A stretch of DNA of 64,000 nucleotides from contig CAWJWP010000021.1 in NCBI GenBank assembly GCA_963846495.1, forward strand, positions 77,185 through 141,184, read 5' to 3'. Within the stretch, counting starts at the first letter, position 1. The number at the start of each line of letters is the position of its first letter. The translations under genes and the position numbers were made by a program. This document shows, piece after piece, positions 44,423-53,836 of the stretch. This DNA is from Thermoanaerobaculia bacterium (GTDB lineage: Bacteria > Acidobacteriota > Thermoanaerobaculia > Multivoradales > JAIOJS01). A model generated the notes under the pieces. The model was given only the letters and a program-made list of their open reading frames with translations, had not been told where the DNA came from and searched no databases.

Positions 44423-47400
44423 TCAATTGCCCTGCCACGTCGGGATCCGCCCCGGCGTCCACGGCGCACCCAGCTCCTCGGCCTTCTTCTCGAGCGCCAC
44501 GAGCTCCGCTTCCGTCTGTCGCAGCTTGGTCAGCGCGCCGCTGAGCTCGCCCGAGGCGATCTCGTAGTTGCGCCGATGGGTGGCCGTCGGCTCCGAGGTC
44601 GAGCCCCAGCTGCCGCCGACCACTTGCGACACGCGATCGACGATCGCCGGCGGCACCGGCTCGCTGCGGCGCGCGATCGTCGGGTCGCCGTTGAGCTCGA
44701 CGTCGACGTCCTCCAGCTTGTTCTTCAGCGCGACCGCCTGCTGGCGCAGCGCCAGGTCGGCGCGCGGCGTGTTCATGATGGCGGTGGTGAGCGCGTCGAG
44801 CCGCTTCTGCAGCTCGTCGACGGCGCGCGAGGCGCCGAGCGCCGCGCGCTGCAGCTCGGCCGTCTGCTTCTGGAACGCCACCAGCGCCGCACGGTCGGGG
44901 GCGGGCAGGCTGGTGTTGGCGAGCGGCTTGACGTTGAAGGTCTGCGGCTCGCCGAGCGGCGTCACCACGCCGTCGACGCGCTGCGACAGCTGCACGCGGT
45001 AGGCGCCCGGCAGCGCCATCGGCCCGGTGGGGCCGTCGCCGTCGTCGTCGCCGGCCGGTGGACCGAGCACCGGGTTGGAGGGCGGGAAGCGCAGGTCCCA
45101 GGCCACGCGGTGGAAGCCCTTCGACGCCGGGCCGGTGAGGCGCCGCAGCACGTTGCCCTCGACGTCGGTAATGGTGAGGATGATCGCCGGGTCTTCGGCC
45201 CGGTCCTCGGCGCGTAGCTGGTCCCAGGTGGGGTAGAAGACGTCTTTCCCCTCCTTCGCCGCCTCGCCCTCCGTCTCTTGCCGCTTTTCCTTGGGCGACT
45301 TCAGCCCTTCCTTCAGGTAGTAGGTGAAGACGGCGCCGAAGGGCGGATTCTTGGCCTGGAAAAAGGTCTCGCCGAAGAAGCCTTTGTCCTTGTCGCCGTG
45401 CGGGTAGCGCTCCATGAAGGCGAGCGCGTCCTTGACCGGGAAGAGCACCGCCGGCTTCTCCAGCGTCTCGCGGCTCGCGAGGCGCAGCGGCGCGTAGTCG
45501 TCGAGCACCCAGAAGCCGCGGCCGAAGGTGGCGAGCACGAGGTCGTTCTCGCGGCGCTGCACGTCTAGGTCGCGCACCGCGATGGGCGGCAGCCCGCCTT
45601 CGAGCTCGATCCACTTCTTGCCGCCGTCGCGGGTGAAGAAGAGCGCGAACTCGGTGCCGGCGAACATCAGGTCCGGCTGCTCACCGTCGAGGGCCAGCGT
45701 GTAGACGGTGCCCTTCTTCGGCAGGTCGCCGGCGATCGAGCTCCACGTCTTGCCGCGGTCGTTGCTGCGCAGCACGTACGGTGCGAAGTCGCCCATCTTG
45801 TGGTTGTCGAACGTCGCGTAGACGACGTTGGCGTCGTGGCGTGACGGCTCGACGTCGGACACGTACGTCATGTCGGGCACGCCGGGGAACTTTTCCTGCT
45901 TGCGCCACGTCTTGCCGCCGTCCTCGGAGACCTGGATCAGGCCGTCATCGGTGCCGACGTAGAGCAGCCCCTCCACCAGCGGCGACTCGGCGAGCGAGAC
46001 GATGTTGCCGAAGAAGGAGGTCGAGTTGTTCTTCGCCACCGAATCGACGCTCCACACGCGGCCCATCACCTTCAGCTTGTTGCGGTCGATCTGCCGCGTC
46101 AGGTCGGGAGAGGTCGCCTCCCAGGTGTTGCCGCGGTCGTCGGTCTTGTAGAGCCGCTGGGCGCCGAAGTAGAGCCGTGTGTGCAGATGCGGCGAGACGA
46201 TGAGCGCCGAGTCCCAGTTCCAGCGGCTGGCCGGCTCGCCCGGCCCTGGCTGCGGCTGGATGTCGACGATCTCGCCGCTCTTCTTGTCGAAGCGGAAGAG
46301 GTTGCCGTACTGGTACTGCGTGTAGATGACGTTGGGGTCCTCGGGGTCGACGACGGTCTCGAAGCCGTCGCCGCCGAGGGTGACGAACCAATCCGAATTG
46401 ACGATGCCGCTGGCGTTGAGCGTGCGCGACGGGCCGCCGAGGCTGTAGTTGTCCTGGGTGCCGCCGTAGACGTTGTAGAAGGGCAGGTCGTTGTCGACGG
46501 TGACGCGGTAGAACTGGGTGATCGGCAGGTTCTCGAAGAACGCCCAGTTCTTGCCGCGGTCCCAGCTCTCGTAGACGCCGCCGTCGTTGCCGTTGATGAG
46601 GTGGTCGGTGTTGGCAGGATCGATCCACAGCGCGTGGTTGTCGACGTGCTTGCTCTTCTCGCCGGCGTTGCTCCAGGTCTTGCCGCCGTCCTCGCTCACC
46701 TTGAGGAAGGTGTCCATGGCGTAGATGCGGTCGAGTTGCTTGGGGTCGACGACGATCTCCTGGTAATACTGCGGGCTCGACGAGACGTAGCTGCTGCGCT
46801 TCTCCCAGCTCTCGCCGCCGTCGTTCGAACGGAAGAAGCCGCCCTTGTCGCGCCTCGCCTCGATCCAGGCATAGATCACGTCGGGATCGACGGGAGAGAT
46901 GCCGAGGCCGATGCGGCCGCGGTCGCCTTCGGGCAGACCCTTCTCGACTTTGCGCCAGTTCTCGCCGCCGTCGGTCGACTTGTAGATCGTTGCCTCGGGG
47001 CCGCCGTCGATGAGCGTCCAGACGTGGCGGCGGCGCTGGTACGAGGCCGCCCACAGCGTGTCGGAGTCGCGGGGGTCCATCACCACGTCGGTGACGCCGG
47101 TCTTGTCGCTGACGTGGAGGATCCGCTTCCAGGTGGCGCCGCCGTCGAGCGTACGGTAGAGGCCGCGGTCGCCGCCGTCCTTCCACAGCGGTCCCTGCGC
47201 GGCCACGAAGACGCGGTCGGAGTTCGCCGGGTCGATGAGGATCTTGCCGATGTGCTCGGAGCTCTCCAGCCCGACGCGCTTCCACGTGGCGCCGCCGTCG
47301 GTCGACTTGTAGACGCCGTCGCCGTAGCTGACGCTGCGCTGGCTGTTGTTCTCGCCGGTACCCACCCAGACGACGAGTGGGTTCTTGGGGTCGAGCACGA

Positions 47401-47728
47401 CGCAGCCGATGGAGTAGCTCTGCTGGCCGTCGAAGATCGGCTTCCAGGTGGTGCCGGCGTTGGTCGTCTTCCAGACGCCGCCCGAGGCGACGGCGACGTA
47501 GCGCACGGCGTTGTCGGTAGGGTCGACGGCGATGTCGGCGATGCGGCCCGAGGTCGAGGCCGGGCCGATCTCACGCAGCTTCAGGCCGCCGAAGGTGCCG
47601 GAGGAGAGGACGTCTTTGGCGTCCTTGTCCTTGGGCTTGTCGGCGTCGGGCTTGGCCGCGATGGCGGGGGAGATGAGGAAGGCGGCGAGCAGCAGGGTGG
47701 CGAGGCTCTGCGGCAGGGCTCTCTTCAC
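44423..47728 (-). CDS. Secreted BNR/Asp-box (VPS10/sortilin-like) beta-propeller glycosyl hydrolase-like protein
   Basis: GGAGG RBS + GTG; signal peptide; REIGPA.TSGRI; many S.DGG.TW Asp-boxes; GGTQDN; LATFGRGFWVLDD. Confidence 0.9.
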   Translation of the reverse strand: MKRALPQSLATLLLAAFLISPAIAAKPDADKPKDKDAKDVLSSGTFGGLKLREIGPASTSGRIADIAVDPTDNAVRYVAVASGGVWKTTNAGTTWKPIFDGQQSYSIGCVVLDPKNPLVVWVGTGENNSQRSVSYGDGVYKSTDGGATWKRVGLESSEHIGKILIDPANSDRVFVAAQGPLWKDGGDRGLYRTLDGGATWKRILHVSDKTGVTDVVMDPRDSDTLWAASYQRRRHVWTLIDGGPEATIYKSTDGGENWRKVEKGLPEGDRGRIGLGISPVDPDVIYAWIEARRDKGGFFRSNDGGESWEKRSSYVSSSPQYYQEIVVDPKQLDRIYAMDTFLKVSEDGGKTWSNAGEKSKHVDNHALWIDPANTDHLINGNDGGVYESWDRGKNWAFFENLPITQFYRVTVDNDLPFYNVYGGTQDNYSLGGPSRTLNASGIVNSDWFVTLGGDGFETVVDPEDPNVIYTQYQYGNLFRFDKKSGEIVDIQPQPGPGEPASRWNWDSALIVSPHLHTRLYFGAQRLYKTDDRGNTWEATSPDLTRQIDRNKLKVMGRVWSVDSVAKNNSTSFFGNIVSLAESPLVEGLLYVGTDDGLIQVSEDGGKTWRKQEKFPGVPDMTYVSDVEPSRHDANVVYATFDNHKMGDFAPYVLRSNDRGKTWSSIAGDLPKKGTVYTLALDGEQPDLMFAGTEFALFFTRDGGKKWIELEGGLPPIAVRDLDVQRRENDLVLATFGRGFWVLDDYAPLRLASRETLEKPAVLFPVKDALAFMERYPHGDKDKGFFGETFFQAKNPPFGAVFTYYLKEGLKSPKEKRQETEGEAAKEGKDVFYPTWDQLRAEDRAEDPAIILTITDVEGNVLRRLTGPASKGFHRVAWDLRFPPSNPVLGPPAGDDDGDGPTGPMALPGAYRVQLSQRVDGVVTPLGEPQTFNVKPLANTSLPAPDRAALVAFQKQTAELQRAALGASRAVDELQKRLDALTTAIMNTPRADLALRQQAVALKNKLEDVDVELNGDPTIARRSEPVPPAIVDRVSQVVGGSWGSTSEPTATHRRNYEIASGELSGALTKLRQTEAELVALEKKAEELGAPWTPGRIPTWQGN

Positions 47729-47807
47729 GAACGTCCTCCGGGGGGACCCTGCGGACGGGACGCCCGCAGCGGTGGCGACATTGTAAAACGGCTGTTTGAA
47801 CGCAGCT

Positions 47808-48884
47808 TCAGGCCGCCGCGCCCCGACCGCGCTCGAGCGTTCGCGCGACGCGGCGCGCGGCGGCGGCGAGTGGGGTCGTCCCCTCGGCGGCGGCTTCATC
47901 GAGGACGGCGGCGACGATCTCGCCGATCCGATCCATGCGGGCGAGCAGAGCTTCGAGGTCGCGCTCGCCGCGGCCATGGAGCGCGAAGGCGAGCGCGCCG
48001 CCGGCATTGACCACGTAGTCGGGCACGTAGACGATGCCGCGCTCGTGCAGGCGCATGGCGTCGGCGGGCGAATCGAGCTGCGCATTGGCCGAGCCGGCGA
48101 CGATGCGGCAGCGCAGCCGCGGGATGGTCGCCGCCGACAGCACGCCGCCGATGGCGCAGGGCGCGAACACGTCGTGCTCGGTGTCGGCCACCTCGTCGGG
48201 CGCGACGATGGTAGCGCCGAGCTCGTCGACGGCGCGGGCGATGCGGCCCTCGTCGACGTCGCTCACCAGCAGGCGCGCACCGCGCTCGGCGAGCTCCTTT
48301 GCCAGCGGGAAGCCGACGTCGCCCACGCCTTGGACGAGCACCGACACGCCGGCGAGGTCCTCGCGGCCGAGCACCGCGCGCGCGGCCGCCTCGATGCCGC
48401 GCAGCACGCCGCGGGCGGTGAAGGGGCCGGGGTCGGTGACGCGGCCCTCGTCGACGCCGTGCACGTAGCGCGTCGTCTCGGCGATCACCGCCATGTCCTC
48501 GGGGGTCGTGCCCAGGTCCTCGCCGGTGCCGAAGGCGCCGTGCAGGCTCTCGACGAGGGCGCCGTAGCGGCGTAGGAGGCCGCGCCGCGCGTCGGGCGCG
48601 AGCGGCCCCGGCACGGCGATCACCGCCTTGCCGCCGCCGATCGGCATCTCCAGCGTCGCCCACTTCGAGGTCATCGTCTCGGCGAGCCTCTGCGCGTCGC
48701 GCAGCCCTTCGCCGGCGGTGGGGTAGACGCGCATGCGGGTGCCGCCGACGGCAATGCCGAGGGCGGTCGAGTGCAGGGCGATGAACAACCATGCCCCGCT
48801 CTCGCGGTCGAAGCGGGAGACCACCGCCTCGCCGTCCCAGCCGCGCAGGACCGACTCGATGTCGTGAGTGTTGGTATCCGGCAT
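47808..48884 (-). CDS. Leu/Phe/Val dehydrogenase
   Basis: HST.LG.AVGGTR, MTSK, GGGKAVI, GED.GT, QGVGDVG, FAPCAIG, GSANAQL, PDYVVNAGG. Confidence 0.92.
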   Translation of the reverse strand: MPDTNTHDIESVLRGWDGEAVVSRFDRESGAWLFIALHSTALGIAVGGTRMRVYPTAGEGLRDAQRLAETMTSKWATLEMPIGGGKAVIAVPGPLAPDARRGLLRRYGALVESLHGAFGTGEDLGTTPEDMAVIAETTRYVHGVDEGRVTDPGPFTARGVLRGIEAAARAVLGREDLAGVSVLVQGVGDVGFPLAKELAERGARLLVSDVDEGRIARAVDELGATIVAPDEVADTEHDVFAPCAIGGVLSAATIPRLRCRIVAGSANAQLDSPADAMRLHERGIVYVPDYVVNAGGALAFALHGRGERDLEALLARMDRIGEIVAAVLDEAAAEGTTPLAAAARRVARTLERGRGAAA

Positions 48885-48897
48885 GCGGGCCGGGATG

Positions 48898-49752
48898 CTA
48901 CTCCACGGCGGCTGCGGCGGGAGCCGGCGCGGGTGCGAGTCGACGTGAGAAGCGCCGCCAGCCGTCGGCGAGCAGCAGCAGGGCGGCGCCGAGCAGCACG
49001 ATCGCCGGGCCCGACGGCAGGTCGAAGGCGTACGACACGGCGAGGCCGCCGACGGTCATCGCGGCGCCGGCGGCCGTTGCAGTGATCATCACGGCGAGGA
49101 AGCCGTTGACGAGCCGTAGGGCCAGCGCCGGCGGAATGGTGAGCAGCGCGATCACCAGCAGCGCGCCGACGAGCTGCATGAGGAAGACGACAGTCAGAGC
49201 GACGGCCACCATCAGCGCGGCGAGCACGAGCCGCACCGGCACTCCCTGCACGGCGGCGAAGGCCTCGTCGAAGGCGACCGCGACGAGCTCCTTCCAAAAC
49301 AGCGCGACCAGCGCGAGCAACACGACGACGAGCGCGAAGGTGAGCCGCACGTCGGCGGCGGTGACGGTGAGGATGTTGCCGAAGAGATAGGTCTGCAGGT
49401 CGGGCGCGTAGCCCGGCGTCAGGTGCAGGAAGACGATGCCCACCGCCATTCCCACCGCCCACAGGATGCCGATGGTGGCGTCGTGCGAGCGGCCGCGCCC
49501 ATGGCCGGCTCCGGCGAGCGAGAGCGCCGAGGCGATGGCGACGGCGCCGGCGCCCCAACGGTAGTCGACGCCGAAGTAATGACAGATCCCGAGCCCGCCG
49601 AAGGCGGCATGGCTGACGCCGCCGCTGATGAACACCAGCCGCTTGACGACGACGAAGGTGCCGACGACGCCGCACAGCACGCTGGCGAGCAGGCCGGCGA
49701 AAAGCGCGTGGCGCACGAAGTCGAAGGCGAGCAGGTGAGCCAGGGCGTCCAT
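48898..49752 (-). CDS. znuB: Zn/Mn ABC transporter permease
   Basis: GTFVVVKR..FISGGVSHAAFGG, YLFGNIL, FDEAFA, VGALLVIALLTIP, DLPSGP. Confidence 0.9.
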   Translation of the reverse strand: MDALAHLLAFDFVRHALFAGLLASVLCGVVGTFVVVKRLVFISGGVSHAAFGGLGICHYFGVDYRWGAGAVAIASALSLAGAGHGRGRSHDATIGILWAVGMAVGIVFLHLTPGYAPDLQTYLFGNILTVTAADVRLTFALVVVLLALVALFWKELVAVAFDEAFAAVQGVPVRLVLAALMVAVALTVVFLMQLVGALLVIALLTIPPALALRLVNGFLAVMITATAAGAAMTVGGLAVSYAFDLPSGPAIVLLGAALLLLADGWRRFSRRLAPAPAPAAAAVE

Positions 49753-49793
49753 CGTGATCGGTGCGTAGGTCGAGAAGGCGGTCGTGGCGCTAG

Positions 49794-50675
49794 CTACTCG
49801 TGTGCGTGGTGGCCGAGCACACGATGGGGCACGCCGTGAGTGATCAGCTCGACGGGACAGCCGTAGACCTCTTCGAGCATCTCGGGCGTCAGTCGGCCTT
49901 CGGGGTGGTAGTGCAGGTGGCGGTTCATGCAAGCGATCTGACGCACGACGCCGGCGAACGGCGTCAGGTCGTGAGTGACGACGACGACCGGCATCGCCGC
50001 GTGCAGCTCGCGCAGCGTGTCGACGAGCACCTCGCGATAGCCGGCGTCGACGGAGGCGAGCGGCTCGTCGAGCAGCAGCAGCTCGGGCTCGCCGACGAGA
50101 GCGCGCGCGATCAGCGTGCGCTGCAGCTGGCCGCCGGAGAGCTGGCCCACCGGTTGGTCGGCGATCTCCTCGAGCCCCATTTTGGCGAGCGCGGCGGCGA
50201 CGGCGGCGCGGTCGGTCGCGTCGTAGCGGCGCAGCGCGCCGCGCAGCCGCAGGCGGCCCATCTGCACCACCTCGCGCACGCGCAGCGGGAAGTCGCGGTC
50301 GAAGGTGGCGAACTGCGGCACGTAACCAAGCGCGCTTGCGCGCTGAATGGACTTATCCAGCGCATTCGCGCGCGTCGGCGAGCGGAAGACGAACCCCGAC
50401 TGCGGCTGCAGCAGCCCGAGCATCACCTTGAGCAGCGTCGTCTTGCCGCCGCCGTTGGGGCCGATGACGGCGAGGAAGTCGTGGCGCCCGACCTCCAGCG
50501 TCACGCCGTCGAGGATCGGCTCGCCGTCGTCGTAGGCGAAGACCACGTCGCGCAGGGCGAGAAGGGGTGTCGGCCGCGTCGCACCTGGCGTGGATACGTG
50601 GCCGGCCGGCGAGTGTGGATCATGCGCGGCGACGGGTGAGTCGCCGGCCGAGTGGTTGGCGTGCGGCTCAGCCAC
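49794..50675 (-). CDS. znuC: Zn/Mn ABC transporter ATP-binding protein
   Basis: GPNGGGKTT, GYVPQ, LSGGQLQR, LLLLDEP, THD; His-rich termini; GTG start overlaps the znuA stop. Confidence 0.9.
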   Translation of the reverse strand: MAEPHANHSAGDSPVAAHDPHSPAGHVSTPGATRPTPLLALRDVVFAYDDGEPILDGVTLEVGRHDFLAVIGPNGGGKTTLLKVMLGLLQPQSGFVFRSPTRANALDKSIQRASALGYVPQFATFDRDFPLRVREVVQMGRLRLRGALRRYDATDRAAVAAALAKMGLEEIADQPVGQLSGGQLQRTLIARALVGEPELLLLDEPLASVDAGYREVLVDTLRELHAAMPVVVVTHDLTPFAGVVRQIACMNRHLHYHPEGRLTPEMLEEVYGCPVELITHGVPHRVLGHHAHE

Positions 50676-51600
50676 CGAGCGCCTCGCGGAAGAGGTGCGC
50701 CGTCTTTCGCACGTTGGCCGGCCAGTCCTCGGCCAGCGGGTCGACGGTGACGACGCGGGCGCCGATCTCCTGCGCCAACGCGCGGACGCTGTGGTCTGAG
50801 TGGCCCTGCTGGACAAAAACGGTCCGCACGCCATCGCGGCGCGCGGTTTCGACGAGATCGACGAGCTGGCGCGCGCTCGGCTCCTTGCCGTCGCGCTCGA
50901 TCGCCACTTGCTCGATGCCGAAGTCATGCAGGAGGTATGTCCACGATGGGTGGTCCATGTACAGACGCCGGTGGGCGAGCCCGCCGAGGTCGGCGCGCAG
51001 GGCGGCGGCCGCGCCGTCGACGTCGGCGAGAACGGCTCTCAGCTGCCGCGCGTACAGTGCGGCGGAGCTGGGGTCGAGACGCGCGAGGGCAGCCGCGGTG
51101 TCTTCGGCGGCGCGGCGCATGGCCGCGGGCGAGAGCCACAGGTGTGGATCGCTCACCCACGCTCCCGGCCCACTGCCCGGCTCCGGCAGCACCGCGACGC
51201 CACGGCTCATGTCGACGACTTCGAGCGGCCGCGATCGCGGCGCGGCGTCCCTACCGTCGAGCAGGCGACGCTCGAAGAGCAGGCCGGGGTGACCAACCCG
51301 CACGACCAGGCGCGCATCGGCGACCCGCGCCACCTGCTGCGGTGTCGCCTCGTAAGTGTGCTCGGAGGCACCTGGCGGCAGCAGCACCTCGACGTCAACG
51401 CGCTCGCCGCCGAGCTGTCGCACCAGCCACGCCTGCGGCGGCACCGTCACCGCGACCCGCAGGGCTTGCGATGTTGGGCGGCCAGCAACGAAGTACGACG
51501 CCAACGCCCAAGTGGCGACTCCCACGACGAACAGCCCTGACGCGAGCGCGAAGGCGAGCCATCGGAGCCGCGCGTCCTCGAGCCGGCGTGCCCAAATCAT
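50668..51600 (-). CDS. znuA: Zn/Mn ABC transporter substrate-binding protein
   Basis: PPGASEHTYE, DPHLWLSP, HPSW.Y, IE..GKEPS, VDPLA; ATGA-coupled to zur. Confidence 0.9.
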   Translation of the reverse strand: MIWARRLEDARLRWLAFALASGLFVVGVATWALASYFVAGRPTSQALRVAVTVPPQAWLVRQLGGERVDVEVLLPPGASEHTYEATPQQVARVADARLVVRVGHPGLLFERRLLDGRDAAPRSRPLEVVDMSRGVAVLPEPGSGPGAWVSDPHLWLSPAAMRRAAEDTAAALARLDPSSAALYARQLRAVLADVDGAAAALRADLGGLAHRRLYMDHPSWTYLLHDFGIEQVAIERDGKEPSARQLVDLVETARRDGVRTVFVQQGHSDHSVRALAQEIGARVVTVDPLAEDWPANVRKTAHLFREALGG

Positions 51601-51974
51601 CGCGCCGCTCCGCAGCCAGCACAGAGCCCGTAGAGGATGATCTCGTGCCGCTCCAGCCGGAAACCGCCGGGCAGCAGACCGCCCATGCGCCCCGGACACG
51701 CTTCGACCTCGAACACGCCATCGCAGGCGCGGCAGTGGAAGTGGTGGTGGTGCCCCTTGCCGGAGAGCTCGTAACGCGCCGGCGCACCTGGCAGCTCGAC
51801 GGCACGCAGCGCGCCGTCCTCGAGCATCGCCTTGACCGTCCGGTAAACGGTAGCGAGCCCCAGCCGCGGTAACGCCCCACGCGCAGCGAGGAGCAGCTCC
51901 TGCGGCGACAGCGGCCGCCCGGCGTCGGCGAGGGCAGCACGAATCGCGTCGCGTTGTCGGGTTTGGCGTTGCAT
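51597..51974 (-). CDS. zur: Fur-family regulator, probably Zur
   Basis: TRQR.AI, GLATVYR, HHHHFHCRAC, YGLCAGC; heads the metal ABC operon. Confidence 0.8.
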   Translation of the reverse strand: MQRQTRQRDAIRAALADAGRPLSPQELLLAARGALPRLGLATVYRTVKAMLEDGALRAVELPGAPARYELSGKGHHHHFHCRACDGVFEVEACPGRMGGLLPGGFRLERHEIILYGLCAGCGAAR

Positions 51975-52011
51975 GCGGTTGGACAGCTGTGAAATGGGTC
52001 GGGCCCGATCT

Positions 52012-52031
52012 AATGAGAATGATATCTCATT
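52012..52031. promoter_or_regulatory. Fur/Zur-box-like palindrome
   Basis: AATGAGA-ATGATA-TCTCATT perfect 7-bp inverted repeat, AT-rich, about 40 nt upstream of the zur start. Confidence 0.65.
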
Positions 52032-52161
52032 TGCGATGAGATCGAGAAACAGTCACTGCGCCGCGACGGCGACCGATGTCGTCGCCAGCCCGCGCGGAGG
52101 GGTCGTTCGCCCGACGGCGTTGTTGCGGGATCAGTAGCGCGAGGCCTGCCGCCGGCGGGCT

Positions 52162-53752
52162 TCAGCCCTTGGCCATCGCTCGCAGCTTGCCGCGGTCGAC
52201 CTTACCTAGGTGGGTGCGCGGCAGCGACTCGGCGACGATGACGCGGCGCGGGTGCTTGTAGGCGGCGAGCCGCGCCAGGGCGAAGGCCTTGCAGCTCCTC
52301 CGCCAGCGCCATGGGCTCTTCGTCGCCGGCGACGACGAAGGCGACGGGCTTGGTGAGCCCGGCGGCGTCTTCCGCTCCCACGACGGCGCACTCGCGCACG
52401 GCAGGGTGCTGCAGCAGGCAGGCCTCGATCTCGCCCGGCGTACACCACTTGCCACCCACCTTGAGCACGTCGTCGGCGCGGCCGCAGTAGGTCACGTAAC
52501 CGTCCTCGTCGACGCTGACGAGGTCGGCGAGCGCCACCCATTCACCGCGGAAGGTCTCCAACGTCTGCGGCAGGTTCTGCCAGTAGGCGATGGCGCGCGA
52601 GCCACCGCGTACCCACAGGCGGCCGACCTCGCCGCGCGGCAGCTCGCGGCCCTCGTCGTCGCAGGCGCGCACCTCGAAGCCGGGCACGGCGCGGCCCAGC
52701 GTGCCGGGCCGCACCTCGCCGGGCAGGTTGGTGAGGAAGATGTGCCACATCTCGGCGGTGCCGAGCCCGTCGAGCAGGTCGACGTCGAAGGTCTCGCGCC
52801 AGCGCTCGTAGAGCGGCACCGGCAGCGCTTCGCCGGCGGAAGTGGCGAAGCGCAGCGAGGCGAGCGCGGCGCGGCCGTCGATCTCCGGATGCTGCTCGAC
52901 GTGCTGCACGAGGCGCGAGACCATCGTCGGCACGTTGATGAGAATCGTCGGGCGATGGCGCGCGATCTTCTCCAGCACGACCTCGGGCGTACGCGCCTCC
53001 GGAAAGAGCACCGCGGTGGCCCCGACTGAGAACGGAAAAAAGAGGTTCGAGCCGGTGGCGTAGCCGAAGTAGAGGCTCGGCACCGCAAGCGTCACGTCGT
53101 CGGCGCGGTAGCCCACGGCGCGCTTGGCGTAGCACTCGGTGGTGTTGGCGTACGAGCGATGGGTCTGCACGACCGCCTTCGGCCGACCGGTGGTGCCGCC
53201 CGAGAAGAGCCAGATCGCCGGATCGTCGCGGTGGGTCGGGGCGTTCTCGAAGTCGTCGGTGCCGGCGGCGAGCTCGTCGGCGAAGCGTGCGTGCGCCGAA
53301 GCCGCCGAGGTGTCGCCGGCGACGAGGATGCCGCGCAGCCAGCGGTTACCGCGCGCAGCCGCTTCCCAGGTCGGCAGCACCGCCGCATCGACCACCGCGA
53401 GCCGCGCGCGGCTGTAGCCGAGGATGCCGGCGAGCTCGGCCTCGGAGAGCTGCGGGTTGGCCATCACGACGACGGCGCCGAGCTTCAACGCGCCGAAGAG
53501 CGCGGCGACGAAATCGGGCCCGTCGACGAGGCCGAGCAGCACGCGCTCCTCCTGCTGCAGCCCGGCGCGCGCGAACGCCTGCGCGGCCCGGTTGGCGAGC
53601 GCCTGCACCTCGCGGTAGGTCAGCGATCGATCGTCGAGCCGCAGCGCTTCCTTGTCGCCCAGTCCTTCGCGGATGCGGGCGTCGAGGAGGTAGTCGGCGA
53701 GGTTGAGGTCTTCGGGCGGGTCGTAGAGCGGCGGCGCGGCGTCGGACGTCAT
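52162..53752 (-). CDS. Benzoate/aminobenzoate-CoA ligase family; frameshift near 52290
   Basis: LFSGGTTGRPK, F.YATG, SAGEALP, DGLGTAE, GRADD..KVGG. The conserved tail AYKHPR...LPRTHLGKVDR lies in a second frame ending at 52162. Confidence 0.88.
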
Positions 53753-53836
53753 GCGTCGTCGGATCGTAGCCCACACGCTCGCTTCGCTCGCCCGCCAGCC
53801 GGAGCTGGCGGCGGCGCTGCGCGCCGCTGCGGGTCC